Positions 18,185 to 27,590 of a stretch of DNA of 64,000 nt are shown here, in pieces. The stretch's first letter is position 1. Every line of letters begins with the position of its first letter. The DNA is taken from assembly GCA_947085205.1 (NCBI GenBank), contig CAMTVO010000020.1, forward strand, positions 1 to 64,000, written 5' to 3'. The notes beneath the pieces were generated by a model. That model made no database searches. It saw only the letters and a list, made by a program, of their open reading frames with translations, and had not been told where the DNA came from. Source of the stretch: an uncultured Nitrospiraceae bacterium. GTDB lineage: Bacteria; Nitrospirota; Thermodesulfovibrionia; Thermodesulfovibrionales; Dissulfurispiraceae. The translations under genes and the position numbers were made by a program.

Positions 18185-20307
18185 TGAAACTTCATAGACT
18201 CTTTGTATTTTCAGGAATTGGGATTGCCGCAGCCATCCTGTCGGTTGTTATTTATGCACAGAAGATAGACTTCTTCAACTCCCTTGACCTCAAGCTCAAG
18301 GATGTGAGATTCAGGACAAGGGGAAGCATTGAGCCTGACAAAAGGGTTGTTATTGTCGCCATAGACGAAAAGAGCATAAACGAGCTCGGCAGGTGGCCGT
18401 GGGATAGGAGGGTTATTGCAAAATTGATTGAAAACCTGAACTCCTACGGTGCAAAGACCATCGCATTCGATATTATCTTTTCAGAGTCCTCAAATCCTGA
18501 ATCGGATAAGGCATTGACAGATGCCATTCAGAAGAATGGAAATGTGATAGCAGGATATTTTTTCAGGTCAGAAGGAGAGACCCCTCCAAAAGAGGCGCTA
18601 ATGTTATTAGAGCAGTCAAGGGTAAAGATCATTAAGACCATAGGTAATGTCTCCGAAGTGCCTGTTTACAGTTATCCGACAGTCGAACTCAATATCCCTT
18701 TGATTGCACGGTCTGCGAGCAGTGCAGGTTTTTTTAACATTATTCCAGATACAGACGGTATTTTAAGAGCAGCCAACATATTGATGCTTTATGATGGCTA
18801 TGTCTATCCCTCGCTGCCGCTTGCAGCATTAAGACATTATATGGAAAGAGAGATGGTACTTGAGGTCGCCAATTACGGCGTGGACAATCTCCTGATAGGA
18901 AGCTATCGCATACCATGCGACGAATCAGGAAGACTTACCCTTAATTATTACGGCAGGCAGGGGATATTCAGGACAATACCTGCTGTTGATATAATCAAAA
19001 AAAGACTTAAGCCCGGCAGTCTAGAAGATTCTCTTGTCTTTGTTGGAGCAACAGAGGTCGGACTCTCTGACCTGCGTGCAACGCCTGTTGACCCTGTACT
19101 TCCGGGCATTGAGGTTCATGCAACCGTTGTATCCAATGCCCTTCAGAACAAACTCCTAATAAAGGACGGGAGGGTAATAGCATTAGACATTTTATTTATT
19201 ATAATCTTTGCCCTTATGCTGACCACGTCGTTGAGTCTTGTCAGAAGAACGCTTGCTGCACTTATACTATTTCTGGCGGCGCTTGGACTTTACTACATTA
19301 CAAATCATCTTGTCTTTAAGCATTATCCGTTAAACACATCAGTGCTATTTCCGCTTATTTCGATAACCCTTTCGTATCTCGGCTCAGAGGCCTACAGGAA
19401 TCTCATAGAAGAAAAGCATAGCAGGTTTCTTAAAAAGGCGTTTACAAGTTATGTGTCCCCTGCCCTTGTCGGAGAGATAATGAAAAACCCGGATATGCTT
19501 AAGCTCGGAGGCGAAAAAAGGAATATAACGGTTTTATTTTCCGATATAAGGGGCTTCACAACGATTTCCGAAAAGCTTACGCCGGAAGCCCTTGTGCATT
19601 TGCTTAATCAGTATCTGGGGCCGATGACGGATATAGTTTTGCAGCACCGGGGCACGCTTGATAAATATATAGGCGACGCCATTATGGCTTTGTATAACGC
19701 CCCGCTCGATGTTGAAGATCATCCACTTCAGGCATGCAAGAGCGCCCTCGCCATGATGGAGAAACTTAAGGACTTAAACACGGATTTTAAGGCAAACGGA
19801 CTGCCTAAAGTGGATATCGGCATCGGCATAAACACGGGCGATGTGATTGTCGGCAACATGGGAACGGATGTAAGGTTCGATTACACCGCAATGGGCGATA
19901 CCGTAAACCTTTCGTCGCGGCTCGAAGGTATGAACAAGATATACAAGACGCATATAATCTTTACCGAATTCACGCTCGATAAACTCAAGACCCTCGGACT
20001 TTTGCAGCAATACGCTGGAGAGCTTAGATTCAGGGAATTGGATTTTATAAAAGTTAAGGGCAAGGACAAGCCGGTAACTATTTATGAGCTTTCCGCAACG
20101 ATGGATGGCGCTGTTGCTAAGAAATTTGAAGAGGCGTTAATGCTTTACAGAAAGCAAAGTTTTAAAGAGGCATTAGAGATATTCGAAAGGCTCGATGCTG
20201 AAAACGGCGACAAGACCGCGGGAATATTCGCCGAAAGATGTGCCGAGTTTATGGAGAGCCCTCCCGGCGCGGACTGGGACGGCGTTTATGTGGCAAAAAC
20301 AAAGTGA
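18184..20307 (+). CDS. CHASE2-domain class III adenylate/guanylate cyclase
   Basis: IVAIDEKS...GRWPWDR CHASE2 motif, 3 TM segments, TVLFSDIRGFT, DKYIGDAIMA, DYTAMGDTVNLSSRLEG, VKGK; K and D specificity residues are adenylate-type. Confidence 0.95.
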   Translation: MKLHRLFVFSGIGIAAAILSVVIYAQKIDFFNSLDLKLKDVRFRTRGSIEPDKRVVIVAIDEKSINELGRWPWDRRVIAKLIENLNSYGAKTIAFDIIFSESSNPESDKALTDAIQKNGNVIAGYFFRSEGETPPKEALMLLEQSRVKIIKTIGNVSEVPVYSYPTVELNIPLIARSASSAGFFNIIPDTDGILRAANILMLYDGYVYPSLPLAALRHYMEREMVLEVANYGVDNLLIGSYRIPCDESGRLTLNYYGRQGIFRTIPAVDIIKKRLKPGSLEDSLVFVGATEVGLSDLRATPVDPVLPGIEVHATVVSNALQNKLLIKDGRVIALDILFIIIFALMLTTSLSLVRRTLAALILFLAALGLYYITNHLVFKHYPLNTSVLFPLISITLSYLGSEAYRNLIEEKHSRFLKKAFTSYVSPALVGEIMKNPDMLKLGGEKRNITVLFSDIRGFTTISEKLTPEALVHLLNQYLGPMTDIVLQHRGTLDKYIGDAIMALYNAPLDVEDHPLQACKSALAMMEKLKDLNTDFKANGLPKVDIGIGINTGDVIVGNMGTDVRFDYTAMGDTVNLSSRLEGMNKIYKTHIIFTEFTLDKLKTLGLLQQYAGELRFRELDFIKVKGKDKPVTIYELSATMDGAVAKKFEEALMLYRKQSFKEALEIFERLDAENGDKTAGIFAERCAEFMESPPGADWDGVYVAKTK

Positions 20308-20374
20308 AAAAGTTGCTATAAAATAGAAAAGAAGGAGGTGTCGTTGTGCCTAAACCGTTTGATCGTATAACTGT

Positions 20375-23300
20375 ATGTCCGGAAGAAAAAAAATAATTTC
20401 CATGCTGATTTTATTGCTCGCATTTATTGCCAGTGCAGGCTTGGCACATGGTGGAAAGAATGAAGCGGAAAGCTTATGGGAGCTCGGTGAAAAGGCTTAT
20501 GATGCGGGCAGATATAAAGAAGCCCTTTCTTATTATGAAAAATCACTCTCTAAGTGCGCAGGGGATATTGAGTGCGCTGCCTCCAACCTTAACGGCATCG
20601 GTGCAGTTTATGAGGCGCTGGATGACGATAAAAAGGCATTAAAGTACTATGAAGATGCGCTTGCTGCAGCAAGGAAGATAAATAACAGGGATCTGATCGC
20701 AACGAACCTTTTTAATGTGGGAGCGGTCTACAGCCGAACGTTTCATCAATACGAGAAGGCATTGGTCCTCTTTGAGGAATCCTTGACGATATTCAGGGAA
20801 CTGAATGATAAGAAAAGCATCGCCATCGTTTTATTCAACACAGGCAAGGCTTTAAATTCTCTTGGCAGATATGAAAAAGCGCTGTCATATTTCAATGAAT
20901 CTCTGAAGGTAAACAGAGAGCTTAATAATCAGCAAGGCATTGCAGGAAATCTCAATCTGATAGGCAATGTGTATGCGAACCTTGGACAATATGACAAGCC
21001 GCTCTCATATTATCAGGAGGCGCTCAGGATAAATAAGAAGCTAAATATCCCGAATGAGATAGCCACAACATTAAGGAATATCGGCGACGCCTATTGCGAC
21101 CTCGTTGAATATGATAAAGCTCTCACATATTATCAGGATGCGTTGGATATACAGAAGAAACACAATTTTCGTTTTGATATGGCAGCAACCCTGACAAACA
21201 TAGGGGCTTTTTACAAAGACCTTAATCAATATGATAAAGCCCTTTCCTACTATGAGGGATCACTAAAAATAAGCAGGGAACTTGACAACTCTGCCGATAC
21301 TGCCACAAACCTGAATAACATAGGCAATGTATATGCATCTCTCGGTAAATCCGATAACGCCCTCTCTTATTATCATCAGGCATTGAGCATAGAAAAGCAG
21401 CTCAACAGGCCGCACAAAATGGCTATAACTCTTAACAACATCGGCATGGAGCATTTCCGTCTCGGCAGGTACGAACAGGCACTTTCTTATCTTAATGAGG
21501 CGCTTAAAATAGAAAGGAAGTTGAGCAATCCGCATAATATCGCTGCGAGACTGAATAATATCGGAGCTGTTTATTTGCGGCAAAAAAGATACAGAGAAGC
21601 TGAAGATGTATTTCTTGAAAGGAAAGATATAGGAAAGAGAATCACAAAGACCAGATTAATACATGCCGGATTAATAGAAGTTTATCTTGCAACAAAAAGA
21701 TACGATGAGGCATTGGCCTTGCTGAGAGAACTGCCTCCAAACTGGAGGGATAGCAGGAATCGCCGCATGGAATACCACACACAGTATGGTCTGGCATTAA
21801 AAGGCAAGGGACTACTCAGGGAGTCTGCGCAGGAATTGTTAAAGGCGGTTTCAATAGTTGAAGAGATAAGGCGTTCAGTGGGTGAGAAGAGTGAGTTTTT
21901 TGCCGGTGGCGGTTATATCGGCAGGTTAACACCTCACAGAGAGCTTGTAGCAGTTCTCTCAGAAATGGCTCTCAGAGGAGAAAGACCTGATGATAGCTTT
22001 AAACCTTTCGGCAGGGATTTGGCATCCGCCGCATTTTATTTTTCGGAGTTTACAAAGGCAAGGGCGTTTCTTGAGACAATGGCAGGCTCTGCAAGGAAAT
22101 ATGACGAGCTTGAAATTCCTTCTGAAATAAAAAACAGAGAGGCAGATATTCTAAAGGAGCTTTCATCAATAGAAGACAACTGGGAAAATGCCTATTCAAA
22201 AGGCGAGGCTGTTTTCAAAAGGCTTTCGCAGAGAAAAGAAGAGCTTAATAGAGAGCTAAATTCTCTGATTTCCTCCATAAGAAAAGATTTCCCTGCATAT
22301 GCTGCCGTAAATTATCCAAAGCCCATGCCGGCTGAAGACATGTCATTAACGGCAAATGAAGTCTTAATAGAGTTCGGCATAAGCAATGATGCAGTTGTTG
22401 TTTTTGTTGTAAGAAAAGGCGGTGTAAATAAAATCCATAAAATAAACATCTCTAAAGAAGAACTGACCGAGAAAGTAAAGAAATTTATAGAACCTTTAAA
22501 TTCTGGAAGGCACTCTGAATTTTCAACAAAGCTCGCAAAAGAGCTTTACGATATGCTGCTTTCAGGGTCACTGAAAGATGTTAAGGATTCGGAAAAACTG
22601 ATAATTGTCCCTGACGGAATACTCGGTCTTTTGCCATTTGAGGCATTGGTGATAAATGCAGGAAAAGACTATAAAGGTAATCTCTTTGTTGGCGACAAAT
22701 GGACAATAACGTACAGCCAGTCTGCAACAGCGCTTGCATTAACAAGGCTTTTGAAGCCCTCCGAAGCTAAAAAGCCTCTTTTTGCTTTGGGCAATCCTGT
22801 ATATGACAAATCAGACCCGAGATATATAGCATATAAAAAAGGCGGCTCTCAACAAATTGCTGCAAAGGATGTTAAACAATATGCTTACAGGGGCATCACC
22901 GTACTGCCGAAGGGGGAAAGGGAATGGGAAGAGGTAATATATTCGCCCCTTCCAGAAACAGAGGATGAGGTCAGAGAGATAGCAAAACTGTTTGGTGTAA
23001 AACCTGAGATGCCGGAGGTGCTTTTGAATATTTCGGCAAATGAAACAAATTTCAGGAATACCTTTCTTAAAGACTATCGCTACATACATCTTGCAACCCA
23101 TGCAGACTTGCCCGGAAAGGTTCAGGGCATAAAGGAGCCGTTTATAATTCTCGGTCAGGTCGAAAACAGGGGGCAGGATGATGGATTCCTCACCCTCACC
23201 GAAGTCCTCGAATTGAAACTTGACGCTGACATGGTGGTTTTGTCCGCCTGCTCCACGGGCAAAGGCAAAATGATGGAAGGTGAAGGTGTTGCCAATTTTG

Positions 23301-23515
23301 CAAGGGCATTTCAGCATGCAGGCACGAGAAGCGTTGTAGTGAGCCTCTGGGAGGTGGCTTCAGACGCAGCAGTAGAATATATGAAGTCGTTTTATAGCCA
23401 CATAAAGTCAGGCAAGAGCAAGGCAGAGGCATTGAGCCTTGCAAGAAACGAGATAAAGGCAAAATACCCGAATCCGTTTTACTGGGCAGTATTTATATTG
23501 TATGGAGAGGGATAA
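20375..23515 (+). CDS. exported TPR-repeat CHAT-domain protease
   Basis: Signal peptide, about 10 TPRs, IVPDGILGLLPFEAL, HLATHA and VLSACSTG dyad, VVSLWEV, PFYWAVF. Confidence 0.93.
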   Translation: MSGRKKIISMLILLLAFIASAGLAHGGKNEAESLWELGEKAYDAGRYKEALSYYEKSLSKCAGDIECAASNLNGIGAVYEALDDDKKALKYYEDALAAARKINNRDLIATNLFNVGAVYSRTFHQYEKALVLFEESLTIFRELNDKKSIAIVLFNTGKALNSLGRYEKALSYFNESLKVNRELNNQQGIAGNLNLIGNVYANLGQYDKPLSYYQEALRINKKLNIPNEIATTLRNIGDAYCDLVEYDKALTYYQDALDIQKKHNFRFDMAATLTNIGAFYKDLNQYDKALSYYEGSLKISRELDNSADTATNLNNIGNVYASLGKSDNALSYYHQALSIEKQLNRPHKMAITLNNIGMEHFRLGRYEQALSYLNEALKIERKLSNPHNIAARLNNIGAVYLRQKRYREAEDVFLERKDIGKRITKTRLIHAGLIEVYLATKRYDEALALLRELPPNWRDSRNRRMEYHTQYGLALKGKGLLRESAQELLKAVSIVEEIRRSVGEKSEFFAGGGYIGRLTPHRELVAVLSEMALRGERPDDSFKPFGRDLASAAFYFSEFTKARAFLETMAGSARKYDELEIPSEIKNREADILKELSSIEDNWENAYSKGEAVFKRLSQRKEELNRELNSLISSIRKDFPAYAAVNYPKPMPAEDMSLTANEVLIEFGISNDAVVVFVVRKGGVNKIHKINISKEELTEKVKKFIEPLNSGRHSEFSTKLAKELYDMLLSGSLKDVKDSEKLIIVPDGILGLLPFEALVINAGKDYKGNLFVGDKWTITYSQSATALALTRLLKPSEAKKPLFALGNPVYDKSDPRYIAYKKGGSQQIAAKDVKQYAYRGITVLPKGEREWEEVIYSPLPETEDEVREIAKLFGVKPEMPEVLLNISANETNFRNTFLKDYRYIHLATHADLPGKVQGIKEPFIILGQVENRGQDDGFLTLTEVLELKLDADMVVLSACSTGKGKMMEGEGVANFARAFQHAGTRSVVVSLWEVASDAAVEYMKSFYSHIKSGKSKAEALSLARNEIKAKYPNPFYWAVFILYGEG

Positions 23516-23527
23516 TAGCTGATTTAT

Positions 23528-23539
23528 GGTAATTTTCAC
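23528..23539. promoter_or_regulatory. locus motif copy 2 (reverse-complement form)
   Basis: GGTAATTTTCAC is the exact reverse complement of GTGAAAATTACC; nearest TATAAT (23555) is not at canonical spacing and a REP starts at 23563. Confidence 0.55.
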
Positions 23540-23562
23540 TTCCAATTAGGATTGTATAATTT

Positions 23563-23648
23563 GTCATTCTCTGGCCCTCCTGATCAAGTCAGAGGGCATG
23601 CTTGACCAGAGAATCCAGATGCCGTCCCCGATTAAATCGGGGAATGAC
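23563..23648. repeat. REP-like doublet with a nested 26-bp insert
   Basis: GTCATTCTCTGGC[CCTCCTGATCAAGTCAGAGGGCATGC]TTGACCAGAGAATCC ... TCCCCGATTAAATCGGGGAATGAC; empty form at 421-448. Confidence 0.8.
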
Positions 23649-23731
23649 ATTATAGAAAATCTGAATTTATGACATTTTCACGCAGGTTTCAGGTTTTATA
23701 TTACTGATAGATAAATAAAACGGAGGTCGCA

Positions 23732-25351
23732 ATGAACAGAAATATCTTTTTTGTTTCGGTTTTTATTTTGTTTGTGATTTTTGCTTTTAGTTTTAATGCA
23801 TGGGCATCTCCCGCAGAGATAGAGAGTGTCCCTAAAATCCAGAACATTGTCCTTTATCCGGACAGCGCAATGATAAAGAAAGAAGCAACGGTTGCGGTTA
23901 AGAAAGGCGAAAATATCATAGGGATTTCGGGGTTGACCGTAAATTTAACTGACGAATCTGTTCAGGTGAATATTAAGGAAAAGGCTGCTGTCAGAATATC
24001 CAGTGTCAGAGTTGAAAAGACTTATCTCCAGAAGACAATGCAGGATAAGATAGAGAAACTCCAGTCAAGACTTGAAAGTATTAATGAGCTTATAAAGGAA
24101 CACTCAAATGAAATCTCCGCAATAAACAGTTCCATCGAATTTTTAAAGAAGACAATTCCATTCCCTCAAAACCAGAAGGTTACACAGGCCGAGGTCGAAG
24201 GGCATGCTAAGTTTATCGAAAAATCTTTGTCGGCAAGCTACGACAGGACTGCAAAGCTTGAAAATAAAATAAAGAAACTTAATGAAGAAAAGAGGGCAGT
24301 GGAAAATGAGCTTAAAAAACTAAGCTCATCGAGGGATGAAAGCAAAACTGTTGTAATCAATCTGCTTTCGAATGCAGACCGGGAGATTAATCTGGGACTC
24401 TCCTACATCGTTACAAAGGCGGGCTGGTCTCCACAGTACGATGTAAGGGCTGACTCTGCTGCAGGAAGGATCGATATTGTTTGCTTTGCAACCATAACCC
24501 AGTCTACCGGCGAGGACTGGAAGAATGCGAATATCGAGATTTCTACGGCAAGGCCTTCTTACGGGCCTCCGCCGGAACTTTCCGCATGGTATGTGGATGT
24601 ATACAAGCCGAGGCCTGTGGTTTATAAATACAAAAAGGCTATTGAGGATGCGGATTTCATGATGAGCAAGGAGAAGGCGTTAGAGGCAGCTCCGGAGCAG
24701 CGATTCGAAGAGCCGAAGATAAAGGCAGAGGCGACATCATTCAGCTTTATAATCCCGGGCAAGGTCAATATCCCGTCAGACAACCAGCCGCACAGGATAT
24801 TAATCTCATCCTCGTCCAAAGAGGCTAAACTCGACTATTATGCAGCGCCGAAGCTCTCGCGGTATGCGTATTTAAGGGCGGGCCTTAAAAATCCGCTTCC
24901 GTTTCCAATCTTCTCAGGGCAGATGAGTATATTTTTAGATGAGCGGTTTGTGAATACAACATCTGTTGATAAGCAAATCCTTCCTGATGATGACATGAGT
25001 TTGTCACTTGGAATCGATGAAGGAATAAAAGTAGAGAAAAAGCTCCTGAAGAAATTTACCGAATATTCCGGCGTGTTTTCGAAAGATACTCAGATAGGCT
25101 ATGAATATGCGATTGACATTGTCAGCAGCAAAGATAAAGAGATCGGCATCAATATCAGCGATAATTTCCCTGTCTCAAGAAACGAGCAGATAAAGGTCGC
25201 TCTTGAATCTCCCAAAAAAGAGGATGCAAAGATTGCTGACGACGGAATAATATCATGGGATTTAAAGCTTAAGCCCAATGAGAAGAAAACCCTGAAAATA
25301 AAATTCAGGGTCGAACATCCGAAAGACTTGAAGATTACGGGATTGGAGTAG
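23732..25351 (+). CDS. DUF4140/DUF4139 (MuiA-like) exported protein
   Basis: Signal peptide, VLYPDSAMI, coiled coil, AGWSPQYDVR, QSTGEDW..STARP, LGIDEGIKV. Confidence 0.88.
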   Translation: MNRNIFFVSVFILFVIFAFSFNAWASPAEIESVPKIQNIVLYPDSAMIKKEATVAVKKGENIIGISGLTVNLTDESVQVNIKEKAAVRISSVRVEKTYLQKTMQDKIEKLQSRLESINELIKEHSNEISAINSSIEFLKKTIPFPQNQKVTQAEVEGHAKFIEKSLSASYDRTAKLENKIKKLNEEKRAVENELKKLSSSRDESKTVVINLLSNADREINLGLSYIVTKAGWSPQYDVRADSAAGRIDIVCFATITQSTGEDWKNANIEISTARPSYGPPPELSAWYVDVYKPRPVVYKYKKAIEDADFMMSKEKALEAAPEQRFEEPKIKAEATSFSFIIPGKVNIPSDNQPHRILISSSSKEAKLDYYAAPKLSRYAYLRAGLKNPLPFPIFSGQMSIFLDERFVNTTSVDKQILPDDDMSLSLGIDEGIKVEKKLLKKFTEYSGVFSKDTQIGYEYAIDIVSSKDKEIGINISDNFPVSRNEQIKVALESPKKEDAKIADDGIISWDLKLKPNEKKTLKIKFRVEHPKDLKITGLE

Positions 25352-25369
25352 GGTAAAAGGGAGGCTCTT

Positions 25370-26869
25370 ATGAAATACATCTTTGGGGTTGTTATTACTG
25401 TGTTTTTAGTTTTACCCGCCTCTGTTTTTGCAGAGACAAAGAATATTATTGCAGAAGGCGAATATATAATGGGTGATGGAGAGACAATGGCGATTGCTGA
25501 GGAACGGGCACAGAAAGAGGTAGTCCGACATGCAGCTGAAGAGGCAGGGGCTTTTGTAAAGAGTTACACAAAGGTCAAAAATATGGCTCTTCAGGAAGAT
25601 GTAGTGGAAGTCATTGCCAACCATTCAATGAAGATTACTGTGTTGGAGAAGAAAAGGACAATGGTGGGTGATGCAGTTAAATTTTACTCAAAGATAAAGG
25701 CAGTTGTTACAACAGAGGAGATAGAGGCAAATCTTGAGAAAGTTCGGAAAGAAAGTAAAATTGTAGATATGTACAAGAGACTTATAGATGAATACAGCAG
25801 GCAGACAAAAGAAATGGAAGAACTGAAGAGAAAGCTCTCGGTTGCACAGGGAGAAGATAAAAAGGCAATATTGGGGAAAATTGCTGCCGAGGAAAATCTC
25901 TTTAAAGCAAACCTGTTGTTTGAGGAAGGAATGAAGGCTAAGGAAGATTTTAAATCCCAAGATGCCATAGAAGCATTTACAGGTGCAATTGCGTTAAATC
26001 CCATGTTTGCGGATGCATATGCTGTAAGAAGCGACGCGTATAGTGCGATTTTTCAGTTCAAGAAAGCCATTGAGGATATCAACAAGGCAATTGAAATCAA
26101 GCCTGAAAACCCTGATTTTTATGTTGTCAGAGCAATGACTTATCCTGGGTGTTCCGACTCATATAGAAATGTTTGCAAAGCAGGGGCTGAGGAGGATGGT
26201 ATGGTCGGAGATATGAAATGCAGAGAAATCAGCCCCGACGATTGTAAGAAAGCTTTGAATGACATCGGGAAAGCTATTCAACTGAAACCGGAAATTCCCT
26301 TTTATTATCTTACGAGAGCGGGGTTATATCATCAGGCTGAAATGTATGACAAGGCTATGGAGGAGTTTACAAAAGTCATATCCATGCAACAAAAATTATC
26401 AGAAGAATGGCCTATCTCTCTCGTTATGGCATATTTGTCCAGAGCAGAACTTGCAAAAAAGAAAGGTGATAAACATGCATTTATTGCCGATTTGACATCA
26501 GCAATAACAGTCGTTGTGAATTCAAAATACTATAATGAGAAGCTCAGGAAACTCTCTAATATTTTAAGAGAAGCACGGAACAAAAAATATACGGACCAAC
26601 AAATGGAAGCGGTGTTTGCAAAGGAATATAATGTTGACCCCAAGAACGAAAAGGAATTGAAGAGATTGCGTGATCGGGCAGACAATCTTCTTTTTGTATC
26701 TGCCTTATACATAGGACGTTCTGATATTTATATGGATATGGGCTTAAAGGAAAAGGCCGACAGAGATATCAAAACTGCTTGTGAATTCTTCTGGATAGAA
26801 GGAATTTGCGAGATTTTGGGAAAAGACACAAAGAAATCTACTGGAAAACCGTCAAAGAAAAAGCGATGA
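25370..26869 (+). CDS. exported FlgT-N/LPP20-like + coiled-coil + TPR protein
   Basis: Signal peptide; AEGEYIMGDGET...AAEEAGAFVKSYT; TPRs such as AIALNPMFADAY and KAIEIKPENPDFY. Confidence 0.75.
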   Translation: MKYIFGVVITVFLVLPASVFAETKNIIAEGEYIMGDGETMAIAEERAQKEVVRHAAEEAGAFVKSYTKVKNMALQEDVVEVIANHSMKITVLEKKRTMVGDAVKFYSKIKAVVTTEEIEANLEKVRKESKIVDMYKRLIDEYSRQTKEMEELKRKLSVAQGEDKKAILGKIAAEENLFKANLLFEEGMKAKEDFKSQDAIEAFTGAIALNPMFADAYAVRSDAYSAIFQFKKAIEDINKAIEIKPENPDFYVVRAMTYPGCSDSYRNVCKAGAEEDGMVGDMKCREISPDDCKKALNDIGKAIQLKPEIPFYYLTRAGLYHQAEMYDKAMEEFTKVISMQQKLSEEWPISLVMAYLSRAELAKKKGDKHAFIADLTSAITVVVNSKYYNEKLRKLSNILREARNKKYTDQQMEAVFAKEYNVDPKNEKELKRLRDRADNLLFVSALYIGRSDIYMDMGLKEKADRDIKTACEFFWIEGICEILGKDTKKSTGKPSKKKR

Positions 26870-26900
26870 CCAATAAAAAGAGAGGATAGAATAAAATAAT

Positions 26901-27212
26901 ATGAACCCTAAATCCGCCAAGACCTTCGTCTGGGCCGCAGTAATCAGCATTTTACTCGGCATGGTCGTCATGTCCCCTGCCGGAAGTTTTTTTCTTTATT
27001 CAGTGTCTGCGCTTTTTGCTGCAAGTCCGGCAATCTTCGGTGCTAAAGGAACGCGCATTGCAGCCGTCGTGATATTAGCCGTATCCCTTGCGTTGCTTGC
27101 CGTGACGTATCCTAAATATGATGCCGAAATGACAAAATACAAAGAGCGAGCTCATAAGAAGTCTTCAGAAGTATCAACGCCGCTGACTCAGCCGCAACAA
27201 GGGAGCAGGTAA
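26901..27212 (+). CDS. small 3-TM membrane protein
   Basis: Hydrophobic segments, RBS GAGGA; similar to 32837-33124. Confidence 0.65.
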   Translation: MNPKSAKTFVWAAVISILLGMVVMSPAGSFFLYSVSALFAASPAIFGAKGTRIAAVVILAVSLALLAVTYPKYDAEMTKYKERAHKKSSEVSTPLTQPQQGSR

Positions 27213-27219
27213 AACCTGA

Positions 27220-27423
27220 GATAACGGCATACTTTATTACAGGAAAGGGGATGCGGGCATCAGGAACATATTTCCGGTCTTTAGTCCAGGAAGAGATTTT
27301 GATTATGAGCTCAAGTCATACGAAAAAGGCACAAAGTTTATTGCAACTGCCACCGGCAAAAAAGGAACTAAAGTTGAAAGAGAGATGTATACGATTAACC
27401 AAGACAACGCCAGGAACTGGTGA
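27220..27423 (+). pseudogene. 5'-truncated remnant resembling a type IV pilin C-terminus
   Basis: Startless frame reads DNGILYYRKGDAGIRNIFPVFSPGRDFDYELKSYEKGTKFIATATGKKGTKVEREMYTINQDNARNW*; F.ATAT.K...TINQ is PilE-like. Confidence 0.45.
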
Positions 27424-27526
27424 GGCCAATAAAAAAAGAAGCAGCAAGGCAAGTTTTCAGGCGGGAAGGTATTGATTGCAATTTTTTAATCTATGATTCC
27501 CTGCTTTTATATAGATAATAAGAGAT

Positions 27527-27567
27527 GTGAAAATTACCTTTACGTGCGAGATTGGCGCTGATATAAT
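27527..27567 (+). promoter_or_regulatory. locus motif copy 3 plus sigma70 promoter
   Basis: GTGAAAATTACC-TTTACG-N17-TATAAT. Confidence 0.8.
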
Positions 27568-27590
27568 TTGGTTTAAAAAAGAGATGCAAT

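Noticed and set aside
20375..23515. Craspase or gasdermin-type defence system
   Set aside because: No CRISPR array, Cas7-11 or recognisable gasdermin in the window, and the protease has an export signal.
23670..23681. Additional motif-like sequences (TGACATTTTCAC here; TAGAATTTTCAC at 44364)
   Set aside because: Only a half-site matches and no -10 box lies at the spacing seen for the other copies.
27251..27475. 74-aa ORF from the track
   Set aside because: A different, startless frame (27220-27423) gives the more protein-like, pilin-type sequence.
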